A stretch of 64,000 nt of DNA from Vulcanimicrobiota bacterium (GCA_963695225.1 OY968762.1:1088001-1152000), one strand, 5' to 3'; positions 48,949-58,286 are shown, counted from the first letter of the stretch. Numbers and translations are program-made. Notes: generated by a model not told the origin, from the letters alone.

Positions 48949-49299
48949 TGGTGGAGCTGTCGGGGAACTGCCCCCCGAGTCCGAAAGGCCGGACTAACGC
49001 TTTCTCCAGGCTCAGTCTCGATTTTGTCTTAGGCCGGCGGTCTTCTTGAGACCGGAATTCCGTCGGCAGCAGTCCCTAAGTTTCGGATGACTGGCGGAAC
49101 GGGGTCCTCATCCTAGCCGAACTTGATGACGGATGGCGGGATGGTTCCGGCGACCTCCCGCATACCGTGGCTAACCTAGATTAGGCAGCCAGTGCGTATT
49201 CGTTGTTCGCGTGTAAACGCGTGCGATCGTTTTTGGAGAGCTCGCAACTCCGCCTGCTTACGTTACTCGCGGATCGATTCGTCGAACCTGTTCAGCCCC
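48949..49299 (-). ncRNA. ssrA: tmRNA; tag peptide ANNEYALAA* (49181-49210)
   Basis: 5' GGGGCTGAACAGGTTCGAC, 3' CAGCTCCACCA acceptor end, tag ending ALAA-TAA. Confidence 0.95.
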
Positions 49300-49376
49300 A
49301 TGTGGCGCCCGGACGCACCGTCCGGCGCTCCATCATACCATGCCCCGACCTCACCCGGAAGGCCGCAGGCGCCTCC

Positions 49377-50150
49377 TCACCCGACCGGCGCCTGCGAAGC
49401 CGCGTCCAGCGCCGCCACGTCCGTCCGGTCGACCACCATCGGCGTCACGCTGACGTAGCAGTCGCGAACCGCCGCCAGATCCGTCCCGTCCTCGATCTGC
49501 GACGGGTCGAACGAACCCCAGATCCAGTAGTACGATCCCCCGCGCGGATCGCGGCGCGGGTCGAGCCGGTCCCCGTACTTCTTGCGCCCCTGGCGCGTCC
49601 AACGCGCGCCGTTCAACTCCTCCGGCGGATGGTTCGGCACGTTCACGTTCAGGTACGTCCGCGGCGCGAGGCCCTCGCGCAGCACGTCGGCCCCGATCCG
49701 CAGCGCCGCTTCGACCGCGCTCTGCCAATGGTGGATCCGGCTGTGCTCGGGCCACGTCGCGGCCAGCGAGACCGCCAGCGACGGCACCCCGACGAGCGCG
49801 CCTTCGATCGCCGCCGCAACCGTCCCCGAATAGTTCACGTCGTCGCCGAGGTTCGCGCCGCGGTTGATCCCGCTGACCACGAGCGACGGCAGCCCCCCGC
49901 AGAGATCGAACGCGCCGATCACGACGCAGTCCGCGGGGGTGCCGGTACAGGCGAACGTGCGCACGTCCCGGTCCTTCACTTGCTGCACGCGGACCGGGTC
50001 GTGGATCGTCAGCGCGTGCCCCACGCCGCTGCGGTCGCGATCCGGCGCGACGACGGTCACCTGCCCGAGGTCACCGAGCGCGCGCGCCAGCACGATCAGC
50101 CCTTCGCTTTGGACGCCGTCGTCGTTCGTGACGAGAATCCGATGTTCCAA
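49377..50150 (-). CDS. surE: 5'/3'-nucleotidase SurE
   Basis: ILVTNDDG, GTPADCV and SGINRGANLGDDVNYSGTV. Confidence 0.95.
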   Translation of the reverse strand: MEHRILVTNDDGVQSEGLIVLARALGDLGQVTVVAPDRDRSGVGHALTIHDPVRVQQVKDRDVRTFACTGTPADCVVIGAFDLCGGLPSLVVSGINRGANLGDDVNYSGTVAAAIEGALVGVPSLAVSLAATWPEHSRIHHWQSAVEAALRIGADVLREGLAPRTYLNVNVPNHPPEELNGARWTRQGRKKYGDRLDPRRDPRGGSYYWIWGSFDPSQIEDGTDLAAVRDCYVSVTPMVVDRTDVAALDAASQAPVG

Positions 50151-50156
50151 GACCGC

Positions 50157-50510
50157 TTACGCCTCCGCCGCAGAGCGCAACCCGATCGCGCTGATCACCC
50201 ACGACACGATGCCCAGCAGCACCGAACCGATGATCCCCGCCAACAACCCGTCTACGTGGAAACCCGGAACGAGTCCCCCGACGAGCCAGAACGTCAACCC
50301 GTTCACGATGAAGATGAACAGTCCCAACGTCAAGATGATGAACGGCAACGAGAACAGCACCAGGATCGGCCGCACGATCGCGTTGACGACGCCGAATACG
50401 AGCGCCGCGAGCAAGAGCGCCAGCGTCGAATCCGCGTGCACGCCGCTGTAGAGCAGCGTCACCACCCAGAGCGCGAGCGCGTTCAAGAGAAAGCTGATGA
50501 GGAATTGCAC
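50157..50510 (-). CDS. YvlD/phage holin-like family membrane protein
   Basis: GVVNAIVRPILVLFSLPFIILTLGLF motif. Confidence 0.85.
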   Translation of the reverse strand: MQFLISFLLNALALWVVTLLYSGVHADSTLALLLAALVFGVVNAIVRPILVLFSLPFIILTLGLFIFIVNGLTFWLVGGLVPGFHVDGLLAGIIGSVLLGIVSWVISAIGLRSAAEA

Positions 50511-50585
50511 CGAGGGATCCTTCCTTCGAATGGCACCGAGCCACCCCACGCACCGCATAACCCGCGCGAGCGCCTTTTCGTCGCG

Positions 50586-52592
50586 CTAGGGCGCCTCGAG
50601 CGCCGTCTTCACGGCCGCCGCCAGCGCCGGCGTCATCCCCTTCACGGCCGCGATCTCGTCGACGCCGGCCCGCTTGATCGCGGCGACCGAGCCGAACGTC
50701 GCGAGCAGCCGCTTCTTGCGTGTCGGCCCCACGCCTTCGAGCGTATCGAGGGCGGAGCGCGTCATCGCCTTGCCGCGCCGCTTGCGATGGAACTCGACCG
50801 CGAAACGATGCGCTTCGTCACGAATGCGCATCACCAAATGCAGCGGCGGCGAGGCCGGCGGCAGCACGATCGGCTCCGCCTGCCCCGGCACGAATAGCCA
50901 CTCGTGTTCCTTCGCCAGCCCGGCGACCGGGATGCCCCACAGATCGAGTTCTTCGAGCACCTCGACGACGGCGTTGAGCTGGCCCTTTCCGCCGTCGATC
51001 AGCAACAGATCCGGGCGCTTGTGAAAGCGCTCCTTCTTCACGAGTTGACGCGCGAGCGCGCGGTCGTCCGGCGCCATGCTCTCCGGTAACCCTTCGCCGG
51101 GCGCATTCGTATCCGGCCGCAGATAGCGCAATCGCCGCCGCAGCGTCTCCTGCATCATCGCGAAATCGTTCGCGCCGGCATCGAAGTGAATCTTGAAATG
51201 CCGGTACTCGCTCTTCTTCGCCCGCCCCCCCGCGAAGACGACCATCGAAGCCACGGGGTTCGTGCCCTGGATGTTCGAGATGTCGTAGCACTCGATCCGC
51301 TGCGGCGGCTCCGGCAGATCGAGCGCGGCGGCGAGCTCCGTCAGCGCGCGCGCGGAGGCCGTTTCCTGCGCCTCCTGATGCGCCAGGAACGCGCGCAAGT
51401 TCAGCTCCGCGTTCTGCTTGACGAGCCGCAGGTATTCGGCGCGCGCCCCGCGCTGCGGCTCGAGGATCCGCACTCGCTGCTCCTTCACGCCCGAAAGCCA
51501 GGCTTCGAGCAGCGGCAGATCGGCCGGGAGAGTCTCGACGAGGATTTCCTTCGGCAACACTGCCGACGCGACGCCGCGCCGCGCGCGGGCGCGCTCGCTC
51601 TGTGCGACCGGGACTTCGTTCGCACGCGCATCCCGCAGCGCAAGCGGCGAGAACCCGTCGCCGCGCGGTGCGATCGCCGATCGCGCCGTGTAGAACTGCT
51701 TGAAGAACTCGGCGAACAGCAACGCCGGCTCCGTATCGGCCGTCCCTTCCAGGATGAAGTGCTCCTGCCCGATCAGCTTGCCGCCGCGCACCAGGAACAC
51801 TTGCATGCAGGCCTGCCCCTGCGCGAAGGCCGCCGCGATCAAGTCCATATCGATGCGCGACCGCCAGACGACCTTCTGCGCTTCCGTCACGCGCCGCACC
51901 GCGACGATGCGGTCGCGCACGCGCGCCGCCGTCTCGTAGTTCAAGTGCGCCGCGGCCTCGTCCATCTCGCGCTGCAAGCGCTCGAGTAGCGCCTCCTGGC
52001 GCCCCTCCAGAAACAGCAGCACCTCGCCGACGAGGTCGTCGTATTCGGCCTCGCTCTGATATCCCACGCACGGCGCCATGCAGCGCTTGATGTGATACTG
52101 CAGGCATGGCCGCGCGCGCTTCCCGTCGATCGGCTCGCGGCACGTCCGCAGCGGAAACACCAGCCGGATCAAATCGATCAACTCGCGCAACCCGTGCGCG
52201 TTCGTGTACGGCCCGAAATATCGGGCGCCGTCGTCGCGGACCATCCGCGTGAAGGCGACGCGCGGGTACGGCTCGTTCGTCACCTTCAGATACGGATAGC
52301 GCTTGTCGTCACGCAGGCGCACGTTGAACGGCGGCTGGTGCCGCTTGATCAAGTTCGCCTCGAGGATCAGCGCCTCGATCTCGTTATTGACGACGATCGT
52401 GCGCACGTCGTGCACGCGCTCGACCATCAGGTGCGTCCGGAGCGGGTGCGCCGCACTATCCTGGAAGTACGAGCGCACGCGATTTCGTAGCGAGACGGCC
52501 TTCCCGATGTAGAGAATCCGCTCGCCCTCGCCGAGCATCATGTAGACGCCCGGCCGATCGGGAAGCTGCGCGAGCGTGCGCTGGAGCTTTAC
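50586..52592 (-). CDS. uvrC: Excinuclease ABC subunit C (start non-canonical and uncertain)
   Basis: GIY-YIG PGVY..YIGKA..RVRSYF, RIECYDISN, LIDGGKGQ, RDEAHRFA and HhH. Confidence 0.95.
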   Translation of the reverse strand, partial: VKLQRTLAQLPDRPGVYMMLGEGERILYIGKAVSLRNRVRSYFQDSAAHPLRTHLMVERVHDVRTIVVNNEIEALILEANLIKRHQPPFNVRLRDDKRYPYLKVTNEPYPRVAFTRMVRDDGARYFGPYTNAHGLRELIDLIRLVFPLRTCREPIDGKRARPCLQYHIKRCMAPCVGYQSEAEYDDLVGEVLLFLEGRQEALLERLQREMDEAAAHLNYETAARVRDRIVAVRRVTEAQKVVWRSRIDMDLIAAAFAQGQACMQVFLVRGGKLIGQEHFILEGTADTEPALLFAEFFKQFYTARSAIAPRGDGFSPLALRDARANEVPVAQSERARARRGVASAVLPKEILVETLPADLPLLEAWLSGVKEQRVRILEPQRGARAEYLRLVKQNAELNLRAFLAHQEAQETASARALTELAAALDLPEPPQRIECYDISNIQGTNPVASMVVFAGGRAKKSEYRHFKIHFDAGANDFAMMQETLRRRLRYLRPDTNAPGEGLPESMAPDDRALARQLVKKERFHKRPDLLLIDGGKGQLNAVVEVLEELDLWGIPVAGLAKEHEWLFVPGQAEPIVLPPASPPLHLVMRIRDEAHRFAVEFHRKRRGKAMTRSALDTLEGVGPTRKKRLLATFGSVAAIKRAGVDEIAAVKGMTPALAAAVKTALEAP

Positions 52593-53200
52593 ACGGCCCG
52601 GCGTGACGCGAGCACCTTCCGTCCGACGAACACCACGACGACGACGGCGAGCGCCAAGAGGACGTAGAGCGACGAGCGATGCACGAGCGGCGCAAGCTGA
52701 TCCAAGTGGTTGCCGAACTGCATGCCGACCCACAGCAGCCCGAAGCAAAAGATCGCCGAACCCGCGGCTGTGTAGGCGAGGAACCAGCGCTTGCGCATCC
52801 GCGAAACGCCGGCCGGCAAGCCGATCACGCCGCGGATCACCGGCAAGAACCGTGAGATGAAGATGATCTTCGTCCCGTAGCGCTCCGAAAATTCGTGGAA
52901 CTTATCGAGCTTCTTGAGATCGAGCTTGACGAACTTCCCCCACCGCGCAACGAACGGGCGGCCGCCGTAGTAGCCCACCGTGTAGCATAAGAACCCGCCG
53001 ACCACCTCGCCGAGCGTCGCGACGATCCCCGCGATCCAGTAGCTCGAAAGGTGCCCCGTCGCAACGAGCGCGCCCGCCGCCGGGACCACGAATTCCGTGC
53101 CGACGGGGACGCCGATGTTCCCCACCATCATGACGAAAAACAAGCCGGCGTATCCGGTCTTGTGGACGATGTCCAGAAAGAAGTGCGCAATCTGTTCCAG
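52589..53200 (-). CDS. DedA family membrane protein (probable CTG start)
   Basis: GYYGGRP, SRFLPVIR and PAGVSRM; frame open to CTG with a GAAAGG RBS. Confidence 0.88.
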   Translation of the reverse strand: MEQIAHFFLDIVHKTGYAGLFFVMMVGNIGVPVGTEFVVPAAGALVATGHLSSYWIAGIVATLGEVVGGFLCYTVGYYGGRPFVARWGKFVKLDLKKLDKFHEFSERYGTKIIFISRFLPVIRGVIGLPAGVSRMRKRWFLAYTAAGSAIFCFGLLWVGMQFGNHLDQLAPLVHRSSLYVLLALAVVVVVFVGRKVLASRRAV

Positions 53201-53218
53201 GGCGAGGGTCCGCCTTTC

Positions 53219-53632
53219 TCAGGTGGGCTTTACTTGCGGCGGGCTCCCGGAGTTTCGGGCCGTGGAGCGCAGGAGTTCGGCGGCGAGCCCGCCGCCCTCG
53301 GCGACGATCGCGTGGTAGAGATGCTGCGGCTCGACCGCTCCGTCCCCGGCGCTTGCCTCGGCGAGCGCGATCACGCGCCGGGCGCGGGGCGTCACGAGGA
53401 TCCCCTCCCACAGCCGCTCCTCGTTCGTGTTGAGGCGATGCCGCAGGACGGCCGAAAGCTCGCCCGTCGCGATCCCGCTCGACGCCAGCGCCGCTTCGAT
53501 CGCCGGATCGTGCTCGTCCAGGAGCCCCAAGAGCAGATGCTCCACGCCCACGTAGTAGTGGTTGTGGTTGCGACACTCTTGCTCGGCGGCGCGGAGCACG
53601 CGCTTCGAAGCGGAATTGAATCTCGAGAACAT
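53219..53632 (-). CDS. Stand-alone Clp N-terminal (Clp repeat) domain protein
   Basis: MFSRFN..AEQE..HYYVGVEHLLLGL and TPRARRV..HL; no AAA domain. Confidence 0.85.
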   Translation of the reverse strand: MFSRFNSASKRVLRAAEQECRNHNHYYVGVEHLLLGLLDEHDPAIEAALASSGIATGELSAVLRHRLNTNEERLWEGILVTPRARRVIALAEASAGDGAVEPQHLYHAIVAEGGGLAAELLRSTARNSGSPPQVKPT

Positions 53633-53727
53633 AGCCTGGCCCGTCGGTTGGCCCGTGACCTGCGGGCGCGGATCGCCGCTCCGAGATGCGCCGCGATGGG
53701 CTGCCGGGGAGCCTGGCGGCAAGACAA

Positions 53728-53801
53728 TCGGGGCGGCAGGATTTGAACCTGTGACCTCTGCGTCCCGAACGCAGCGCTCTACCAAGCTGAGCTACGCCCC
53801 G
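53728..53801 (-). tRNA. tRNA-Pro (anticodon CGG); CCA not encoded
   Basis: CGGGGCGTAGCTCAGCTTGGTAGAGCGCTGCGTTCGGGACGCAG...GGTTCAAATCC...CGCCCCGA cloverleaf. Confidence 0.95.
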
Positions 53802-53935
53802 TCGATCTTTGCCGTGCGACCGGGCCCCATTCGGTGCGGAAGGCCCGCACCCTTTCCCACCCGAGCCCGCCGGGAGGCGGGCGGAGCGCGCTGCCAGGGG
53901 GTGCTCCCAAACCGTCCGAAGTCTCCGGATGAGCC

Positions 53936-54628
53936 ATGCGGTATCTCATAGTCGGTTGCGGACGCGTCGGGTCGACGCTCGCCAAGCTCCTGGTCGCCGA
54001 AGCCCACGACGTCACGGTCATCGATGAGAACCCCGCCGCATTCAAGCGGCTGGGGAGCGATTTCCCGGGACGCGTCGAGGTTGGGACCGGGATCGATTAC
54101 GACGTGATCAAGCGCGCCGGCGGCGCCGAGGCCGACGGCTTCGTCGCGGTGACCGACGGCGACAACCGCAACGTGATGGCGGCCCTGATCGCTCAGCGGC
54201 TCCTCCGCATCCCGCGCATCGTAGCCCGCATCTACGATCCGCCGCGCGGCCAGCTCTACCGCGAGCTTGGGATCGAAACCGTCTGCCCGACGACGACCGG
54301 CGCGAAGATGATCCGCGACCGCCTCCTGAACATGCCGCTCGATGCCGCGCCTTCGTTCGATTTCGGGAAGCTCTCCTCGCTCGCGATCGTGCTCGGCGAA
54401 GCCCACGACGGCAAGCGCGTCGACGAACTCGAACAAGACGGCCAGATTCGGATCGCCGCGGTACGCCGGCTCGGCATGGGCGCGATCGTCCCGCGGGCGG
54501 ATTTCGTCCTGCGCCGCAGCGACGAAGTGAACTTCATCGTCGGGCCGGACGTCTTCGGGGAGTTCTGCGCGCGCTTCGCGTCGGCGCAACCCGCCGGCCT
54601 GCCCTCCATCGTGCCGGCAAGGCTCTAG
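53936..54628 (+). CDS. TrkA family K+ uptake regulatory subunit
   Basis: IVGCGRVG, VTDGDNRN and an RCK_C domain. Confidence 0.9.
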   Translation: MRYLIVGCGRVGSTLAKLLVAEAHDVTVIDENPAAFKRLGSDFPGRVEVGTGIDYDVIKRAGGAEADGFVAVTDGDNRNVMAALIAQRLLRIPRIVARIYDPPRGQLYRELGIETVCPTTTGAKMIRDRLLNMPLDAAPSFDFGKLSSLAIVLGEAHDGKRVDELEQDGQIRIAAVRRLGMGAIVPRADFVLRRSDEVNFIVGPDVFGEFCARFASAQPAGLPSIVPARL

Positions 54629-54636
54629 GAGGCCGC

Positions 54637-55329
54637 GTGTTCATCATCATCGTCGGCGGCGGGAAAGTCGGAACGTACCTCGCGCGCGCCTTGCTCGACA
54701 AGGACCATGAAGTCGTCGTCGTCGAGAAGCAGGCGCGCAAAGCCGAGTACATGTCGAACATCCTCGAGCAGGACGTGGCGGTCGTCGGCGACGGCTGCGA
54801 CCCGATCGTGCTGGCAGCCGCCGGGATCGCGCGGGCCGATTGCGTGATCGCCGACACGGGCGACGACGAAGACAACCTCGTGGTTTGCCTGATCGCGAAG
54901 AAGGAATCGAAGGCGAGGGTAATCGCGCGGGTCAACAACCCCCGCAACAAGGCGATCTTCGAATCCCTCGACCGCGCGAACCCCGTGACGCTGATCTCGT
55001 CGACCGAAGTGATCCTCGCGGCGATCGACCAGCACGTGAACGTGCAGGATTACGCCGTCGTCACGCGCCTGCGCGACGGGCAGGTCGAGCTCGTGAAGAT
55101 CACGATACCGAAGGGCGCCGCCGGCGAAGGGAAGCGCATCGCCGAGATCGGGATGCCGCGGAATAGCATCGTCGTCGCGGTCGATCGCAAGGACGACGAC
55201 CTGATCATCCCGACCGGGGATACGACGATTCGTGCAGGGGACGACGTCATCGTCATCTGCAAGCAGGGGCAACGGGACGACGTGCGCGCCTCATTCATCG
55301 GGAGCCCCGTTCCGGCCGTTCGGCGGTAG
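54637..55329 (+). CDS. TrkA family K+ uptake regulatory subunit (second copy)
   Basis: IVGGGKVG, GDGCD, TGDDEDNL, IARVNNP and IPTGDTTIRAGD. Confidence 0.9.
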   Translation: MFIIIVGGGKVGTYLARALLDKDHEVVVVEKQARKAEYMSNILEQDVAVVGDGCDPIVLAAAGIARADCVIADTGDDEDNLVVCLIAKKESKARVIARVNNPRNKAIFESLDRANPVTLISSTEVILAAIDQHVNVQDYAVVTRLRDGQVELVKITIPKGAAGEGKRIAEIGMPRNSIVVAVDRKDDDLIIPTGDTTIRAGDDVIVICKQGQRDDVRASFIGSPVPAVRR

Positions 55330-55391
55330 CACGCGACTCGCTCTCTCCTGCCCGCCGCGCTCCCGCCGTGTTGCGCTTGGGCGCGCGCCAG

Positions 55392-56267
55392 CTACGTTTC
55401 TAGGTCTTTGCGGGTTCGGTCTATAGCGGCACGTACGTCTTCGGAGAGGGGCGGATAGGCGAGGTCGAGGGATTCGAGGACGGAGACGATGACGTCGGCG
55501 ATCGCGAGGCGAGCGACCCATTTACGGTCGGCGGGGATCACGTACCAGGGGGCGACCGGCGTGCTCGTTCCCTGCAGCATTCCGTCGAATGCGGTCGCGT
55601 ACTGGTCCCAAAAGGAACGTTGCGCCAGATCGGAGAGCGAGAACTTCCACTGCTTCGTGGGATCGTCGAGCCTTGCGATCAGGCGTTTGCGTTGCTCCTC
55701 CTTCGAGATGTGGAGGAGGCACTTGATCGTGACGATTCGGTTGCGCGCCAGGTAGCTTTCGAAGCGATTGATGTCGCGAAAGCGCTTCTCCCAGAATGCG
55801 TCGCCCTGCGCTTCTGCCGTCACGCGGTCGTCGCCCAGCAATTCCGGGTGGACGCGCGTTACGAGGACGTTCTCGTAGTGCGAGCGGTTGAAGATGCCGA
55901 TACGGCCGCGTTCCGGCAAAACGCGCGCGGAACGCCAGAGGTAGTCGTGGAGGAGCTCTTCCGTGGTCGGCTCGCGGAAGCTCGTGACGCTCACGCCTTG
56001 CGGGTTGACGCCGCCGATCACGTGCTTCACGGCGCCGTCTTTGCCCGCCGTATCGATGCCTTGGAAGACGATCAGGATGCCGTACCGCTTCTGCGCGCTC
56101 AGCATGTCTTGCAGCGTGCCCAGGCTCGCGATGTCGGCTTGCAGCTTCTCTTCGGCGTCGTCCTTGTCGGAGAAGCCGCAACGGCCGGCGGGATCGTAGT
56201 CCGCTAGGCGGCGCTTTGCATCGGGGTCGAAGCGCAGGGCCGCTGCGATGCGCGCGGGTTCGCTCAT
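55392..56267 (-). CDS. Polyphosphate kinase 2 family (class III-like)
   Basis: QGIDTAGKDG, FNRSHYE, WKFSLSD and PWYVIPADRKW. Confidence 0.92.
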   Translation of the reverse strand: MSEPARIAAALRFDPDAKRRLADYDPAGRCGFSDKDDAEEKLQADIASLGTLQDMLSAQKRYGILIVFQGIDTAGKDGAVKHVIGGVNPQGVSVTSFREPTTEELLHDYLWRSARVLPERGRIGIFNRSHYENVLVTRVHPELLGDDRVTAEAQGDAFWEKRFRDINRFESYLARNRIVTIKCLLHISKEEQRKRLIARLDDPTKQWKFSLSDLAQRSFWDQYATAFDGMLQGTSTPVAPWYVIPADRKWVARLAIADVIVSVLESLDLAYPPLSEDVRAAIDRTRKDLET

Positions 56268-56277
56268 GGGCTCTCTC

Positions 56278-56961
56278 CTACACGAGAATGTTGACGGCGC
56301 GGGCGGCGACGAGCGTAACGGTGAGCAGCGAGGCGACCGATTGGACGAGCATCAGCGATTTCGCCCCGCGCGTGAGCGGGAGCGTATCGGTCGGGCTGAA
56401 CGCGGTCGCGTTCGTGAACGCCACGTACAGGTAGTCGACGAACGCCGGCGACCAGCCCGGCTCGGCGCACCCCGGCGTCGACATCTGCGGGAAGAGGAAA
56501 TCGGGGGGACGGTGCGTTTCCTCGAGGCGTTCGTCCGGGCCGCCGCGATCGAGCTCCCAATACCACAACGCGAAGACGATCACGTTCGTGAGCCAGATGC
56601 CGGCCGCCGCGGCAAGCAGCGACGAGCCCGAGACGACCTTCTCGTGATAGACGAGGACGTGGATCAAGCGGCCGAGCGAGACGACGTTCGAGAGCATCAC
56701 GACACCGATCAGCGCCACCGCCGCCGCCTGGATCATGCGGCTCTCCTCGGGGACGCGGTGCGGGGCGGCGATCGAAAGCGGGATCAAGATCGCGATGGCG
56801 GCCATCGGGATCACCCATTGCGGGCCGAGCGTGTACTCCTTCGGGAGCCAAAAGTAGATCGCAATCGCGATGAGGATCGCGAGCGAGGCCGGCCAGCGCG
56901 GCTCCGAATTCGCCGCGACGCCCCAGGCGACGGCCTTCTTCCGCTTCTGAGGAACGCTCAT
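56278..56961 (-). CDS. DUF1345-like membrane protein
   Basis: FALWYWELDRGGP, DFLFPQ, DYLY and AFSPTD. Confidence 0.8.
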   Translation of the reverse strand: MSVPQKRKKAVAWGVAANSEPRWPASLAILIAIAIYFWLPKEYTLGPQWVIPMAAIAILIPLSIAAPHRVPEESRMIQAAAVALIGVVMLSNVVSLGRLIHVLVYHEKVVSGSSLLAAAAGIWLTNVIVFALWYWELDRGGPDERLEETHRPPDFLFPQMSTPGCAEPGWSPAFVDYLYVAFTNATAFSPTDTLPLTRGAKSLMLVQSVASLLTVTLVAARAVNILV

Positions 56962-56973
56962 CGGCGCATACCT

Positions 56974-58212
56974 TCAATGCGCGTGCGTGAAGTTCCCGAG
57001 CCTCGCTCCGCTCGCGGCGATCCGCTCGAGCGCGGCGCGCATCCCGATCGTCTCGACGGGGCGGCCGACGGCGCCGAAATAGACCTCGGGGTCGATGTTG
57101 AGCGTCCGCGTCTGCACCATCGTCACCTCGACCTCGCGCAGGAACGCTTCGGCGGCCGCGACCTCCTCGACCGCGTCGGTGACGCCGGGGTGCGTCAGCA
57201 GGTTCAGCGAGACGCGCAAGCCGCTGCGGACCGCGAGCCTGACGCTTTCGAGGACGTCGTCGAACGCGTAGCCGGTGGGGCGGTAATACGCGGCGTAGAC
57301 GGCCGGGCGGAACGAGTTCAAGCTGATGCGCACGGCGTCGAGCCCGGCGTCGATCAACATCCGCAGCGATCTCGGCAGGCTGCCGTTCGTGTTGCAGTTG
57401 ATCGTACCGTTCGTACGGGCCGCGCGGATCCGCTCGATCGTGCGCGCGATCGTCGTCGCGCGCAGCAGCGGTTCGCCCTCGCAGCCTTGGCCGAAGGAGA
57501 GGATCCCCTCCGGGACCCGCTCGAGGTGATAGACGCCGACGCGCACGAGTTCCGCGACGTCCGCCTCGGCGCGAATTCGCGTCTGCGGCGAGGGGAAACT
57601 CGATCCCGGCCCGAGTTCGGAGATGCAGCCGAGGCAGCGGGCGTTGCACGCGGGCGAGACCGGGAGCGCCGCTTCGCCGCGCGCGAGGATCGTGTTCTGC
57701 GCGGTGAAGCAGCCGTATTCGCGCGAACAGAGGGCGGCCTGCGCGAGGACGCGGTTTCCCGGATCGCATTGCAGGCGCGCCGCGATCGCCGCTTCGAGTT
57801 CGCCCTCGGCGAAATAGCGCGGTGCCCAATCCTCGCTCGCGTCCGTGCGCATAGCGGCCACGTGCAGTTCGTCGTCGAGGACGCACGCGAACGTATAGCC
57901 GTACAGCGGGAGCACGGGCGCCCCCTCGCGCGTCGCGTACGCGGGGAGCAGCAGGCGCGTGTACCCCGCGGGCAAGAGCACCGCAAGCGCGGTGCGGCGC
58001 GTGCCGACGCGGCCCGTTGCGAGGAGCGGGTTGCGCTGCGGCAGCGTCGAGGTCACGGTCCCCTTCGGGGCCGCGATCAATTCGGCTTGGAGAGCGCGCC
58101 GGGGAGCGCAGCCGTCGTCTGCGAGCGGTTCCTGCGTCTCATCGAAGTAGATCCGCGCGGCCGAGTCGCAATAGGCGAGCCCCGGCGTGGGGCGCCCGCG
58201 TCGCGGTGCCAT
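56974..58212 (-). CDS. Uncharacterised radical SAM protein
   Basis: CNARCLGC, SFGQGCEGEP and NTNG. Confidence 0.88.
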   Translation of the reverse strand: MAPRRGRPTPGLAYCDSAARIYFDETQEPLADDGCAPRRALQAELIAAPKGTVTSTLPQRNPLLATGRVGTRRTALAVLLPAGYTRLLLPAYATREGAPVLPLYGYTFACVLDDELHVAAMRTDASEDWAPRYFAEGELEAAIAARLQCDPGNRVLAQAALCSREYGCFTAQNTILARGEAALPVSPACNARCLGCISELGPGSSFPSPQTRIRAEADVAELVRVGVYHLERVPEGILSFGQGCEGEPLLRATTIARTIERIRAARTNGTINCNTNGSLPRSLRMLIDAGLDAVRISLNSFRPAVYAAYYRPTGYAFDDVLESVRLAVRSGLRVSLNLLTHPGVTDAVEEVAAAEAFLREVEVTMVQTRTLNIDPEVYFGAVGRPVETIGMRAALERIAASGARLGNFTHAH

Positions 58213-58217
58213 CAGCG

Positions 58218-58286
58218 CCCTGCGACAAACTCGAGGTGACGAAACCTTGTCATCGTGACCGATGTCATCTTGAGCCTGTCGAGGGA
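58218..58286. repeat. Degenerate inverted REP-like doublet
   Basis: CCCTGCGACAAACTCGAGGTGAC (58218-58240) and GTCATCTTGAGCCTGTCGAGGGA (58264-58286). Confidence 0.65.

Noticed and set aside
50157..50510. 'Phage holin' as evidence of a prophage
   Set aside because: YvlD-type proteins are common chromosomal genes near uvr loci; no phage genes are nearby.
56248..58239. 663-aa plus-strand ORF
   Set aside because: Antisense to the motif-supported DUF1345 and radical SAM genes.
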